Assembly (NCBI GenBank): GCA_963929765.1 | Contig: CAWVKD010000056.1 | Coordinates: forward strand, 12,060 to 76,059 | DNA length: 64,000 nt | Direction: 5' to 3' | Source: Clostridia bacterium | GTDB taxonomy: Bacteria; Bacillota; Clostridia; Oscillospirales; Oscillospiraceae | Shown: positions 50,069 through 58,732 of the stretch, in pieces | Layout of the letters: each line of letters begins with the position of its first letter | How positions within the stretch are numbered: the first letter of the stretch is position 1 | The notes under the pieces: generated by a model | What the model was told of the DNA's origin: nothing | Databases searched by the model: none | What the model saw: the letters and a program-made list of their open reading frames with translations, nothing else | Translations under genes and position numbers: made by a program

Positions 50069-50950
50069 TTACACGCCTGTACCATCAAAAGAAGGAATGT
50101 AGGATGACCTTGCCGCCTCCAATTCTTGAATATATCCATCTTGAATACCACAAGCGAAGAGATACTCTGTGGCAGCTCGATATTCCCCTTTTGTAATGGT
50201 TCGTCCCAGTCCCATTTGAGCGGATTCACCCATGGGAGTGTATTGACTCATGAGAGAAAACAAAACTGTTTTGGGTGGAAAGGTTTTGGCGACCCAGTCG
50301 ATCACTTTTTTTGTGTTGGGCAGCTGCCCCGGTAGCATAAGATGTCGAATGATTACTCCACGTTTTAGAAGGCCATCTTCAGATAAACGATATGGACCAA
50401 CCTGACGCACCATTTCCAGAATAGCTGCTTTTGCCGTCTCCGTGTAGTGTGGTGCACAGGAAATACGAGATGCAAGAGAATCATCCATATATTTGAGGTC
50501 CGGTAAATAAATTTGAATAGCGCCCTCTAAAGAACGCAGTGTAGTTACGGTTTCATACCCGTTGGAGTTCCAAACTACAGGAACCGAAAGTGGAGTTTCC
50601 AAAGCAGAAAGGATTGCATGGGTAAAATGAGAGGGGGTAACAAGGTTAATGTTATGTACACCTTCGCAAATCAAAGCAGCAAAGATTTCTTTCAAATGAG
50701 AGATAGAAATGATCTGCCCTACACCTCTCTGACTAATTTCTGCATTTTGACAAAATCCACATCGTAATGTGCATCCGCTGAAAAAAACAGCTCCAGATCC
50801 TCTTTCACCGCTGATACATGGTTCTTCCCATAGGTGCGGGGCAGCTCGTGCCACTACAGGCAAAGCCGGCATTTGACAAAATCCACTGCCCTGTGTTTCT
50901 GTGCGACTTGCTCCGCAAGCTCTTGGACAAAGGGTACATATCATGATCAT
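50069..50950 (-). CDS. radical SAM protein, PflX-like (COG1313)
   Basis: 293 aa. An N-terminal CxxCxxxC (CTLCPRAC) is followed by the radical-SAM motif CTLRCGFCQN. Confidence 0.85.
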   Translation of the reverse strand: MIMICTLCPRACGASRTETQGSGFCQMPALPVVARAAPHLWEEPCISGERGSGAVFFSGCTLRCGFCQNAEISQRGVGQIISISHLKEIFAALICEGVHNINLVTPSHFTHAILSALETPLSVPVVWNSNGYETVTTLRSLEGAIQIYLPDLKYMDDSLASRISCAPHYTETAKAAILEMVRQVGPYRLSEDGLLKRGVIIRHLMLPGQLPNTKKVIDWVAKTFPPKTVLFSLMSQYTPMGESAQMGLGRTITKGEYRAATEYLFACGIQDGYIQELEAARSSYIPSFDGTGV

Positions 50951-50974
50951 TGGCTCCTTTTCCTTTGTTTTTGG

Positions 50975-51004
50975 ACTATATCACAGAAAAAACAGAATTG
51001 TCAA
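50975..51004 (-). promoter_or_regulatory. candidate sigma-A promoter of pflX-metF
   Basis: On the minus strand: TTGACA, 18 nt, TATAGT with a TGn extension. Confidence 0.4.
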
Positions 51005-51205
51005 CAATCGCATTATATAAAATGTCCAAAAAGAGGAAGTACATGAAATAAACCAGGAATATAAATTACAATATCTGTGTTTTTAAGAAATGGCAAACAC
51101 TAAATATCGGGGAGCGGGGTCAATATTTTATCTGAATGCCAAAGAGAAAACAGTATTCTTTCATAAAATCCCTGTCAATAGAGTGAAAATATTTTCAAAT
51201 TTGTA

Positions 51206-51234
51206 TTGACAAGAATTTGGCAGAATGATATACT
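51206..51234 (+). promoter_or_regulatory. candidate sigma-A promoter of the thiolase gene
   Basis: TTGACA, 17 nt, TATACT with a TGn extension (aTGaTATACT). The implied 5' UTR is about 117 nt. Confidence 0.5.
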
Positions 51235-51357
51235 GCAAATTGCGATTTAGTTAGTATACAAGATATTTGCGAGTGAATAGTTTGTATCTTGTATGATATG
51301 TAAGCCGGTTCTTATCAAAACCAAATTTTTAATGAATTGTTTGGAGGATCACAAAAC

Positions 51358-52539
51358 ATGAAAGACGTATACGTAGTTGGCGCATGCAGAACTGCTGTCG
51401 GTGGATTTGGCGGTTCCTTGAAAGACACCTCTGCCGTTGAACTGGGTACCATTGTTATCAAAGAAGCTCTAAAGAGAGCAAATGTTGCACCTGAACTGGT
51501 AGAAGAAGTTATGATGGGTAACGTTGTTTCTGCTAACCTGGGTCAGAACATGGCTCGTCAGTGCCTGATTCATGCTGGTATTCCCAAAGAAGTCACCGCT
51601 ACTTCTATGAATATGGTGTGTGGATCTGGTATGAAGACTATCATTGAAGGTTCCCGTGCAATCCGCTCTGGCGATCTGGATATCGTCGTAGTTGGCGGTG
51701 CTGAGAATATGTCTGCTGCTCCTTACTACCTGCCTACCACTCGTTTTGGCCAGAGAATGAATGACGGTATTATTGTTGACGGTTTTGTCAAAGATGGCCT
51801 GTGGGACGCTTTTTACAACTATCACATGGGTATCACTGCTGAAAACGTAGCAGAGCAGTTTGGTGTGTCCCGTGAAGAGCAGGATCAATTTGCTTTGATT
51901 AGCCAGCAGAATTTGGCAAGAGCTAAAGAAACCAACAGAATGGCAGATGAAATTGTTCCTGTTATGGTAAAGAAGAAAAAAGAAGTGATTGAGTTCAAAG
52001 AAGATGAACACGGCAGACCTGGTACCACCATGGAAGGCCTTGCAAAACTGAAGCCAGCATTTAAGAAAGATGGCACAGGTACTGTTACCGCAGGTAACGC
52101 TTCTGGCGTTAACGATGGTGCTGCTGCTCTCGTTTTGGCTTCTGGTGAAGCTGTGAAAAAGCATGGTTTGAAGCCCCTGGCAAAGCTCATCGGTTGGGGT
52201 GAAGCTGGCGTTGATCCTTCCATCATGGGTGTTGCTCCTATCTATTCTTCCCGCAAGGCACTGGCAAAGGCTGGCCTGGAAGTAAAGGATCTGGACCTTG
52301 TTGAATGCAATGAAGCATTTGCTTCCCAGTCTTGCGCAGTAGCAAAAGAGTTGGGCCTGAGCCGCGATATTATCAATGTAAATGGTGGCGCAATTGCAAT
52401 TGGCCATCCTATTGGATGCTCCGGTGCTCGTATTGTTGTCACTTTGCTGTACGAAATGAAACGTAGAGGCGCTCATAAGGGCCTTGCTACTCTGTGCATT
52501 GGTGGCGGTCAGAGCACAGCTACCGTTTGGGAAATGTAA
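51358..52539 (+). CDS. thlA: acetyl-CoA C-acetyltransferase (thiolase II)
   Basis: 393 aa from the ATG at 51358, with GGAGGA upstream. Contains NMVCGSGMK (nucleophilic Cys), GHPIGCSGARI and CIGGGQ. Confidence 0.95.
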   Translation: MKDVYVVGACRTAVGGFGGSLKDTSAVELGTIVIKEALKRANVAPELVEEVMMGNVVSANLGQNMARQCLIHAGIPKEVTATSMNMVCGSGMKTIIEGSRAIRSGDLDIVVVGGAENMSAAPYYLPTTRFGQRMNDGIIVDGFVKDGLWDAFYNYHMGITAENVAEQFGVSREEQDQFALISQQNLARAKETNRMADEIVPVMVKKKKEVIEFKEDEHGRPGTTMEGLAKLKPAFKKDGTGTVTAGNASGVNDGAAALVLASGEAVKKHGLKPLAKLIGWGEAGVDPSIMGVAPIYSSRKALAKAGLEVKDLDLVECNEAFASQSCAVAKELGLSRDIINVNGGAIAIGHPIGCSGARIVVTLLYEMKRRGAHKGLATLCIGGGQSTATVWEM

Positions 52540-52564
52540 TCTTCCATACAACCACTAAAATATA

Positions 52565-52603
52565 AAAAAGGCACTGTCTTTTCTCAAAAGACAGTGCCTT
52601 TTT
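52565..52603 (+). terminator. intrinsic terminator after the thiolase gene
   Basis: Stem aaaaaggcactgtctttt / aaaagacagtgccttttt with a 3-nt loop. Confidence 0.7.
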
Positions 52604-52809
52604 AGATTTTATTCGAATCATGTTGTAAAATATAACGTAAAATATTTCCTTCAAAAAATGTACGATTTTCTACGATATTCTTTCCTTTGCATATCGTAGA
52701 ATTGTGTTTCTTAGAATTGACAAAGTAATTTTTTTGTGGCAGGATTAAAGCAAATGTAAATAGACGACAATAGAGTTTGATTGTTTAATATAAAGAAAGG
52801 GCGAATGAA

Positions 52810-53835
52810 ATGAGACATTTATTTGAAACATTGGAGGAGTGTATCCAAAAGAAAGAAGATGCTGTTTTGGTGACAATTATTGCAAGTTCTGGTTCTACTC
52901 CCAGAGAAGCAGGATCTCGGATGGTCATATCTCAACGTGGGCTACTTTTTGGCACCATTGGCGGTGGCGAAGTGGAGTATCGATCTCAAAAAATGGCAGC
53001 AGATATTTTAAAAGAAAAAAAATCTCATGTAAAAGGATTTAAATTAGCTCCAAACCAAGTGGAAGATCTGGGAATGATCTGTGGTGGTGATGTAGTAGTA
53101 TACTTTCAATTTATTCCCTGGGAAAATAAGGAAATGCTGCCTTTTTTGGAAAAAGCACTCGCTTTGTTTGAAAAAGATGAAGATGCATGGATTATAACAG
53201 ATATTACGGAGGAATCTGCCTGGAGCATGGCGGTTTATAGCAAGAGTGCTGGCCTTGTTACCATGGGCCATATGGCTCTTACTGATGCAACGCCTCTGCT
53301 GAAATCAAGAGCGATTCAGATGGAAGTGGATGGTAAGAAGTATTATTCTGAACCTCTTATCCGAAGCGGTACAGTATATGTGTTTGGTGGTGGACATGTC
53401 GCTCAGGAGCTGGTCCCTGTCTTGTCTCATGTGGGCTTCCGCTGTGTGGTGATGGACGACCGAAAAGAGTTTGTATCGAGAGAATTGTTCCCTACAGCAG
53501 CAGAGACTATTTTGGTGGATTTCTCTAAAATTTCGGATTATATTACAATTACAGAAAAAGACTATATTGTCGTGATGACCAGGGGACATGCCCATGACTA
53601 TACGGTAGAAGCACAGGTGCTTCATACCAATGCCTGCTACATTGGCGTTATTGGCAGCAAAAATAAGATTCGAGCCGTTTCAGAACGGTTGAGAGCTGCC
53701 GGTGTATCCGAAGAGGACATTGAAAAAGTATATTCTCCTATAGGTTTGAGTATAAAGGCGGAGACACCTGCAGAAATCGCTATCAGTATTGCCGGTGAAA
53801 TGATCCTTGTTCGGGCAGAACGGAATGGAAAATAA
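52810..53835 (+). CDS. XdhC/CoxI-family molybdoenzyme maturation factor
   Basis: 341 aa. The N-terminal XdhC_CoxI region reads VTIIASSGSTPREAGSRMVI...GTIGGGEVE. The Rossmann half reads VYVFGGGHVAQELVPVL...VMTRGHAHD. Confidence 0.85.
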   Translation: MRHLFETLEECIQKKEDAVLVTIIASSGSTPREAGSRMVISQRGLLFGTIGGGEVEYRSQKMAADILKEKKSHVKGFKLAPNQVEDLGMICGGDVVVYFQFIPWENKEMLPFLEKALALFEKDEDAWIITDITEESAWSMAVYSKSAGLVTMGHMALTDATPLLKSRAIQMEVDGKKYYSEPLIRSGTVYVFGGGHVAQELVPVLSHVGFRCVVMDDRKEFVSRELFPTAAETILVDFSKISDYITITEKDYIVVMTRGHAHDYTVEAQVLHTNACYIGVIGSKNKIRAVSERLRAAGVSEEDIEKVYSPIGLSIKAETPAEIAISIAGEMILVRAERNGK

Positions 53836-53837
53836 GG

Positions 53838-53873
53838 AAAAGCCGAAAGACTACTTGTCTTTCGGCTTTTTTT
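53838..53873. terminator. bidirectional intrinsic terminator overlapping the MATE gene 3' end
   Basis: Stem aaaagccgaaagac / gtctttcggctttt followed by TTT. Confidence 0.6.
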
Positions 53874-55143
53874 GCATAAACAGTAAAACGATTGCTAGAA
53901 AAGATAAGATCAAGGAAGTTACCAAACAGGCTAGCCAAACACCCAGAAGTCCCCAAACCAATGGTAGACAAAAGAGCAATAGGAGGGTTAAAACAATGGG
54001 CTCTCCGTAAATAAGAGGGTAAGCAAATGTGTTTCGCTTGATGGCATAAAAATAAGATGTTGTGATTCGTAAAAAGCCATATAGGGGAAAACTCCAAATC
54101 CAAATAGGCAAAATAGCTATGACTTCTTGGGACACTGAGAAGGAAGCTCCAAACAGTCCGACGATGGGAACGCGCCATATGAAAAAGATGACCATGCTTA
54201 ATAATGCGACAATGAGGGAAGAAAGATAAGCAAGTTTCAACACATGCTTGACTGTCGTTTGGTCTCCTGCTCCATAGTATTGGCTGATCAAAGGCTGACA
54301 TCCATCTCCTACTCCCTGCAACAAAAGTTGCACAATGCAAATGAGGTAACTGATGACTGCATATACTGCCACAGCTTCACTTCCGCCATAAAGGAGGGCG
54401 GCTTTATTCATGACCACAATCACCAAATTAGGAGAAAGTGTAAGTCCAAAGGGGGAGAGAGCAACGGCTAAAATAGAGCCGATGGAATGGACAGAGATTT
54501 GTTTTGAAAGCCGTTTGGGAGCGTGCCGGAGCAGGAAAAATACGCATGGAAATAGAGTAACTGCTTGCCCGATAACAGTAGCTACAGCGGCGCCTGTCAT
54601 TCCATAAGAGAAGACAACGATCAATAAGTAATCCAATAAAACGTTGGTAAGAAATCCTCCGATCATAGAAACCATTGCGATAAAAGCGCCATTATAATTA
54701 CGGACAATAGGTACAAGCCCAGTGGCTAAGATTTGAAAGGATGCACCAAATACAATAGGTTTGATATAAGCTTGGGCTAAAGGAAGAAGCTCTCCTTGAG
54801 CGCCAAAAAAGGACAATAGAGGATTTGCTATTAGAAGTAGGACTGCTGTTGTTAATCCACAAGATACGAAGAGAAGAAGAATGGTATGAAAATAATATTG
54901 TTTTTCTCTTACTTTGTCTTTTCTTCCAATAGAAATGGAGATTTGCACGGCACCGCCCATCCCAATCCCTGTGCCTAGTGACAATAAAAATGCTGTAATA
55001 GGAAATGCCAAATTAATGGCAGCAAGGCCATTGTCTCCAACGGAACGGCCAATAAATAAGCCGTCTACAATGGCATAAACACCAGAAAAGGCAAACGCCA
55101 ACAAAGAGGGTAAGACATATTTGAAAAACTGTTTTTGAACCAT
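53851..55143 (-). CDS. MATE-family efflux transporter
   Basis: 430 aa with 12 predicted TM helices and a typical MATE N-terminus (FKYVLPSLLAFAFSGVYAIVDGLFIGRSVG). Confidence 0.9.
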   Translation of the reverse strand: MVQKQFFKYVLPSLLAFAFSGVYAIVDGLFIGRSVGDNGLAAINLAFPITAFLLSLGTGIGMGGAVQISISIGRKDKVREKQYYFHTILLLFVSCGLTTAVLLLIANPLLSFFGAQGELLPLAQAYIKPIVFGASFQILATGLVPIVRNYNGAFIAMVSMIGGFLTNVLLDYLLIVVFSYGMTGAAVATVIGQAVTLFPCVFFLLRHAPKRLSKQISVHSIGSILAVALSPFGLTLSPNLVIVVMNKAALLYGGSEAVAVYAVISYLICIVQLLLQGVGDGCQPLISQYYGAGDQTTVKHVLKLAYLSSLIVALLSMVIFFIWRVPIVGLFGASFSVSQEVIAILPIWIWSFPLYGFLRITTSYFYAIKRNTFAYPLIYGEPIVLTLLLLFCLPLVWGLLGVWLACLVTSLILSFLAIVLLFMQKKPKDK

Positions 55144-55478
55144 GGTATACTCCCTGAAGCCAATTTTCTGTATTCATTCACAATGATTCAGTATGGCGAA
55201 GGGATGGCTGTTTGTCAAGAAAAAGAGAGAAAGAACATTTTATGCAGCAAGAAAGACTGGAACTTTTTATCAGCCAGGCTCTTTCGGACTATGGAAAACT
55301 GAAATTTCCTCCGTATCATTCTTGCATTGTACATCACATTGTGGCTCCGTTTATCGGGGATATGATAAAGCGGCTCTGCCTGTGTTGCAGGCGAAGCCTT
55401 TTGGTCTCTTTTCTTGTTTTCCTGCCTGTATTGAAAAATCCTCAGAGGGGGAAGAGACTAACGGACTAGGGCTGGCCA

Positions 55479-56087
55479 CTACCTTTTTATGATGTGGTGT
55501 CTACACATCCCTGTCTTGCCGCATTTGGGACAGGTCAGCCTGCGCTTTGTGAAGGTATGGTAACCTTTGATATATTCGCTCATAGTGGGAACAAAATCTT
55601 TTTTGCAGTATGGACATTCGAAATACCCCGCTTTGATCTCAAGCATTGCGGACGCAATAAGTCCTGCTGCTGCTGTTGCAATGGCAAAGGCAATTAATCC
55701 AACTCTGGCTGCTGTTGGCAGTTCAAGAAACGATGCAATTACGATCAGTGCGCAGACCGCGATGATGGTAATCGACCCGCAAATAACAGAGAGCGCCATT
55801 CTTTTCTTGTTTTCTTGATTTTCTTTCATTAAATCCACCATATTTTCCTCTGCTTTCTTTTGATAATCGACTTTAGAAACCTTTTCTCCTGAAAGTAAAT
55901 CATTGACAGTAATATGCAATATATCACATAATGGCAGCATAAGAGAAACTTCAGGAAGCCCTTTTCCACACTCCCATTTAGAAATGGTTTTGTCGCTGAT
56001 AGATAGTGCGTCGGCAAGCTGCTTTTGGGTGAGATTCTGTGCCTTTCTTGTTTTTGCTATAAATTTGCCGATTTGGATTTGTTCCAT
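55479..56087 (-). CDS. membrane-anchored XRE-family HTH regulator with a C-terminal zinc ribbon
   Basis: 202 aa with the HTH_3 region IGKFIAKTRKAQNLTQKQLADALSISDKTISKWECGKGLP, two TM helices, then CPYC...CPKC. GGAGGG RBS upstream. Confidence 0.85.
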   Translation of the reverse strand: MEQIQIGKFIAKTRKAQNLTQKQLADALSISDKTISKWECGKGLPEVSLMLPLCDILHITVNDLLSGEKVSKVDYQKKAEENMVDLMKENQENKKRMALSVICGSITIIAVCALIVIASFLELPTAARVGLIAFAIATAAAGLIASAMLEIKAGYFECPYCKKDFVPTMSEYIKGYHTFTKRRLTCPKCGKTGMCRHHIIKR

Positions 56088-56565
56088 TCTCTTTCCCTCC
56101 TTCTACCTACATTTTATACGATGGATATTTGGGTAAAACACATATGAAGCGTGGAGTTTTGCATATCTACGGAGCGTAGAGCCGGCTTTTGTATTATATA
56201 TGGATTCTATTTCGCGGCCGCCTGGCCTTTTGAGGGCGGGTGATGCTTTCTGAAAGGCCACCATCCAATCTGGGTATTCAACTCTATTGCCCATCCAGTC
56301 AAAATAAGGATTGGTTACTAGTATCAATTTCCAGAAAAGTCAATCTGCTTTCTAGTATCTTTTTATGATACCCTGAGTTCTGATCTCATAACAAATACAA
56401 AATTTCTGTACTATCTTGATATGATGTTTACCACTATAGAAGAAAAACCTATCTTTTGCAAGGCATGGAAGATAGCAAAAGTTTCCCTTGGCTCTTGCCT
56501 GATGCAAAGCTGGTGGAAATTGTCCTTTCATTATTTGAAGTAAACAGGAACGGGAGAGTTCCTAC

Positions 56566-56594
56566 TTGAAATTCATGCTCAAATGCGATACAAT
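56566..56594 (+). promoter_or_regulatory. candidate sigma-A promoter of asp23-yloV
   Basis: TTGAAA, 17 nt, TACAAT, 34 nt upstream of the ATG at 56628. Confidence 0.45.
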
Positions 56595-56627
56595 AAAAAA
56601 CATTCACCAGCGAAAGGAGCTGCTAAA

Positions 56628-56981
56628 ATGAAGCTGCAAACAGAGAAGGGTGAAATTCGGATCAGTAATGAGGTGTTTACCACTGTCACTGGTGCCGCAG
56701 CCACCAATTGTTTTGGTGTAAAAGGCATGGCATTTCGGTCAAAAAAAGATGGGTTGGTTCACCTTTTGCGCCGAGAGGCAATGTCCAAAGGTGTGCATCT
56801 TACATTTCATGAGGAAGATGCTACCGTTTCGATTGAATTGCATATTATTGTTGAACATGGCGTGAATCTGATGGCGGTGAGCCGTGCGATTATGGAAGAA
56901 GTCCGATACGTTGTCAATAAAATTACAGGCGTGGAAGTGCGGGAAGTCAATGTTTTTATTGACTCTATGATGGCGCACTGA
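56628..56981 (+). CDS. Asp23/Gls24-family envelope stress protein (YloU-like)
   Basis: 117 aa from the ATG at 56628, with AAAGGAG upstream. Reads IRISNEVFTTVTGAAATNCFGVKGMA. It precedes yloV, as in other Firmicutes. Confidence 0.88.
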   Translation: MKLQTEKGEIRISNEVFTTVTGAAATNCFGVKGMAFRSKKDGLVHLLRREAMSKGVHLTFHEEDATVSIELHIIVEHGVNLMAVSRAIMEEVRYVVNKITGVEVREVNVFIDSMMAH

Positions 56982-57025
56982 GCGCCGCCCTCTTTTGATT
57001 CCTCGTTTCAGAAAGGAAAGGCGAA

Positions 57026-58675
57026 ATGAAAGAATTTATTGACGGAGTGCTATATTGCCAGATGATCCAATATGCCGCATCCTCAATCAATCTCCACAAA
57101 CAAGTGATCAACGACTTGAACGTATTCCCTGTTCCAGATGGGGATACAGGGACCAATATGAGTCTTACCATAGGTGCTGCAGCGACCGAATTAAAGAAGC
57201 ATGCTCCCACTGATGTGGGAAAAGCGGCCGAGATTACAGCCAATGCATTGTTGCGTGGCGCACGAGGAAATTCTGGTGTCATTTTATCTCTTTTATTCCG
57301 TGGTATATCCAAGTCCCTCAAAGGGAAGGTGTCGATTGATGGAAAAATATTTGCTGAAGCATTGAATGCCGGTGTTGCTGCCGCATACAATGCAGTTATG
57401 AAGCCTGCAGAAGGCACAATTCTGACTGTTTCTCGCCTTTGCGCCAAAAGAGCAGAAGAAGCGGCAGAGGAGAATAACGCAGCGGAATTTGTGTTGGAGG
57501 CTGCGATTGAAGCAGGTGAAACGGCTCTTGCAGAGACCATCCATCAAAATCCTGTGCTGGAAAAAGCGGGTGTTATTGATGCGGGAGGCAAAGGATATCT
57601 TGTCATTTTGAAGGGGATGCTCTCCGCATTACGAGGGGAATCCCCCCTGAAAATGCCGGAGGAAGAACCGCAAGCACCTTCCGTTCCAAGGGAGAAGGCA
57701 GATTTTCGGCAATTCGACCAAGGAGAAATTGTATTTGGCTATTGTACAGAATTTATTGCATCCAAAGCGGAGCCCAAGTCAGTAGAAGCGTTGCGCGCAT
57801 TTTTAAATGAGCAAGGAGACAGTCTGGTTCTGGTGGACGATGATGAGATGATCAAAGTACACGTACACACCAACCATCCGGGCAAAGTATTGGAAGAGGC
57901 ATTGAAATATGGCCCTTTGATTACAGTAAAAGTAGAAAATATGCGGGAACAGCATTCCGAAATTCTAGATGAAGTGGCATCAACATCGGAGGAAGAGTGG
58001 AACGTTGCACCAGCAGAGAAACAGTATGGTTTTGTAGCGGTATGTGCTGGGGATGGGCTTGAAGCGGTGTTTGCTGACTTAGGATGTGATGGTATCATCA
58101 ATGGTGGCCAGACCATGAATCCTTCAACAGAAGATATTTTAAAAGAAATAGACAGGACTCCTGCCGAAGTGGTTTATGTACTACCTAATAACAAGAACAT
58201 CATTATGGCCGCAGAGCAATGTAAGCCAATTGCGAAAAAGAAAGTAATTGTTATTCCCACTCGTACAGTACCCCAGGGAATTGCGGCCATGCTGGCTGTG
58301 GATCCCGATGCGGAAGAAGAAATGAATACCAGCGAGATGCTACAGGCGATGGAACAAGTAAAGACCATCCAGATCACATATGCAGCGCGGGATTCCGTAT
58401 TTGATGGATTTAACATCTCGGAACATGATTATTTGGCTTTGTTTGATGATGCCTTATTTGGCACAAATAAGGATCTAACGGTACTGGTTTCTCAACTTAC
58501 TGAGCGGGTTCTTCAGGAAAATGCTCAATTTATCACTGTGTATTATGGGGAAGATGTATCAGAAAAAGATGCACAGACGGTGGCAGACCAATTTGTAGCT
58601 GCATGCCCTGAAGCGGAGGTAACTGTGCTCAGAGGTGGCCAGCCAGTTTATTATTACATGATTGCGGTGGAATAA
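57026..58675 (+). CDS. yloV: DAK2-domain fusion protein YloV
   Basis: 549 aa with the DAK2 motif VPDGDTGTNM and a C-terminal DegV-like half. Confidence 0.9.
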   Translation: MKEFIDGVLYCQMIQYAASSINLHKQVINDLNVFPVPDGDTGTNMSLTIGAAATELKKHAPTDVGKAAEITANALLRGARGNSGVILSLLFRGISKSLKGKVSIDGKIFAEALNAGVAAAYNAVMKPAEGTILTVSRLCAKRAEEAAEENNAAEFVLEAAIEAGETALAETIHQNPVLEKAGVIDAGGKGYLVILKGMLSALRGESPLKMPEEEPQAPSVPREKADFRQFDQGEIVFGYCTEFIASKAEPKSVEALRAFLNEQGDSLVLVDDDEMIKVHVHTNHPGKVLEEALKYGPLITVKVENMREQHSEILDEVASTSEEEWNVAPAEKQYGFVAVCAGDGLEAVFADLGCDGIINGGQTMNPSTEDILKEIDRTPAEVVYVLPNNKNIIMAAEQCKPIAKKKVIVIPTRTVPQGIAAMLAVDPDAEEEMNTSEMLQAMEQVKTIQITYAARDSVFDGFNISEHDYLALFDDALFGTNKDLTVLVSQLTERVLQENAQFITVYYGEDVSEKDAQTVADQFVAACPEAEVTVLRGGQPVYYYMIAVE

Positions 58676-58685
58676 AATAGAAAAG

Positions 58686-58714
58686 TCCGGCTGCTTGATG
58701 CGGCCGGATTTTTT
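58686..58714 (+). terminator. intrinsic terminator after yloV
   Basis: 9-bp stem tccggctgc / gcggccgga with a 5-nt loop, followed by TTTTTT. Confidence 0.6.
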
Positions 58715-58732
58715 GGAATGGAGAGAATGAAA

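Noticed and set aside
51469-52551. 360-aa ORF antisense to the thiolase gene. Similar long antisense or alternative-frame ORFs are 47024-47635, 43145-43744, 56965-57540, 53783-54340 and 47848-48318.
   Set aside because: Each lies entirely inside a confidently assigned gene (thiolase, guaB, nfnA, yloV, MATE, cobB). The translations are low-complexity or Cys/Ser/His-rich, and none has an RBS. They are typical shadow ORFs of codon-biased genes.
55193-55492. Two overlapping plus-strand ORFs (55193-55492 and 55212-55469) between the MATE and XRE genes
   Set aside because: They occupy different frames over the same DNA. Neither has a convincing RBS or a recognisable family. At most they are a decayed remnant, so I did not call them as genes.
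56103-56327. 74-aa minus-strand ORF just upstream of the XRE regulator
   Set aside because: It has a TTG start with no RBS and no recognisable domain (…NPYFDWMGNRVEYPDWMVAFQ…). It may be a fragment of a lost gene. The evidence is insufficient for a CDS or pseudogene call.
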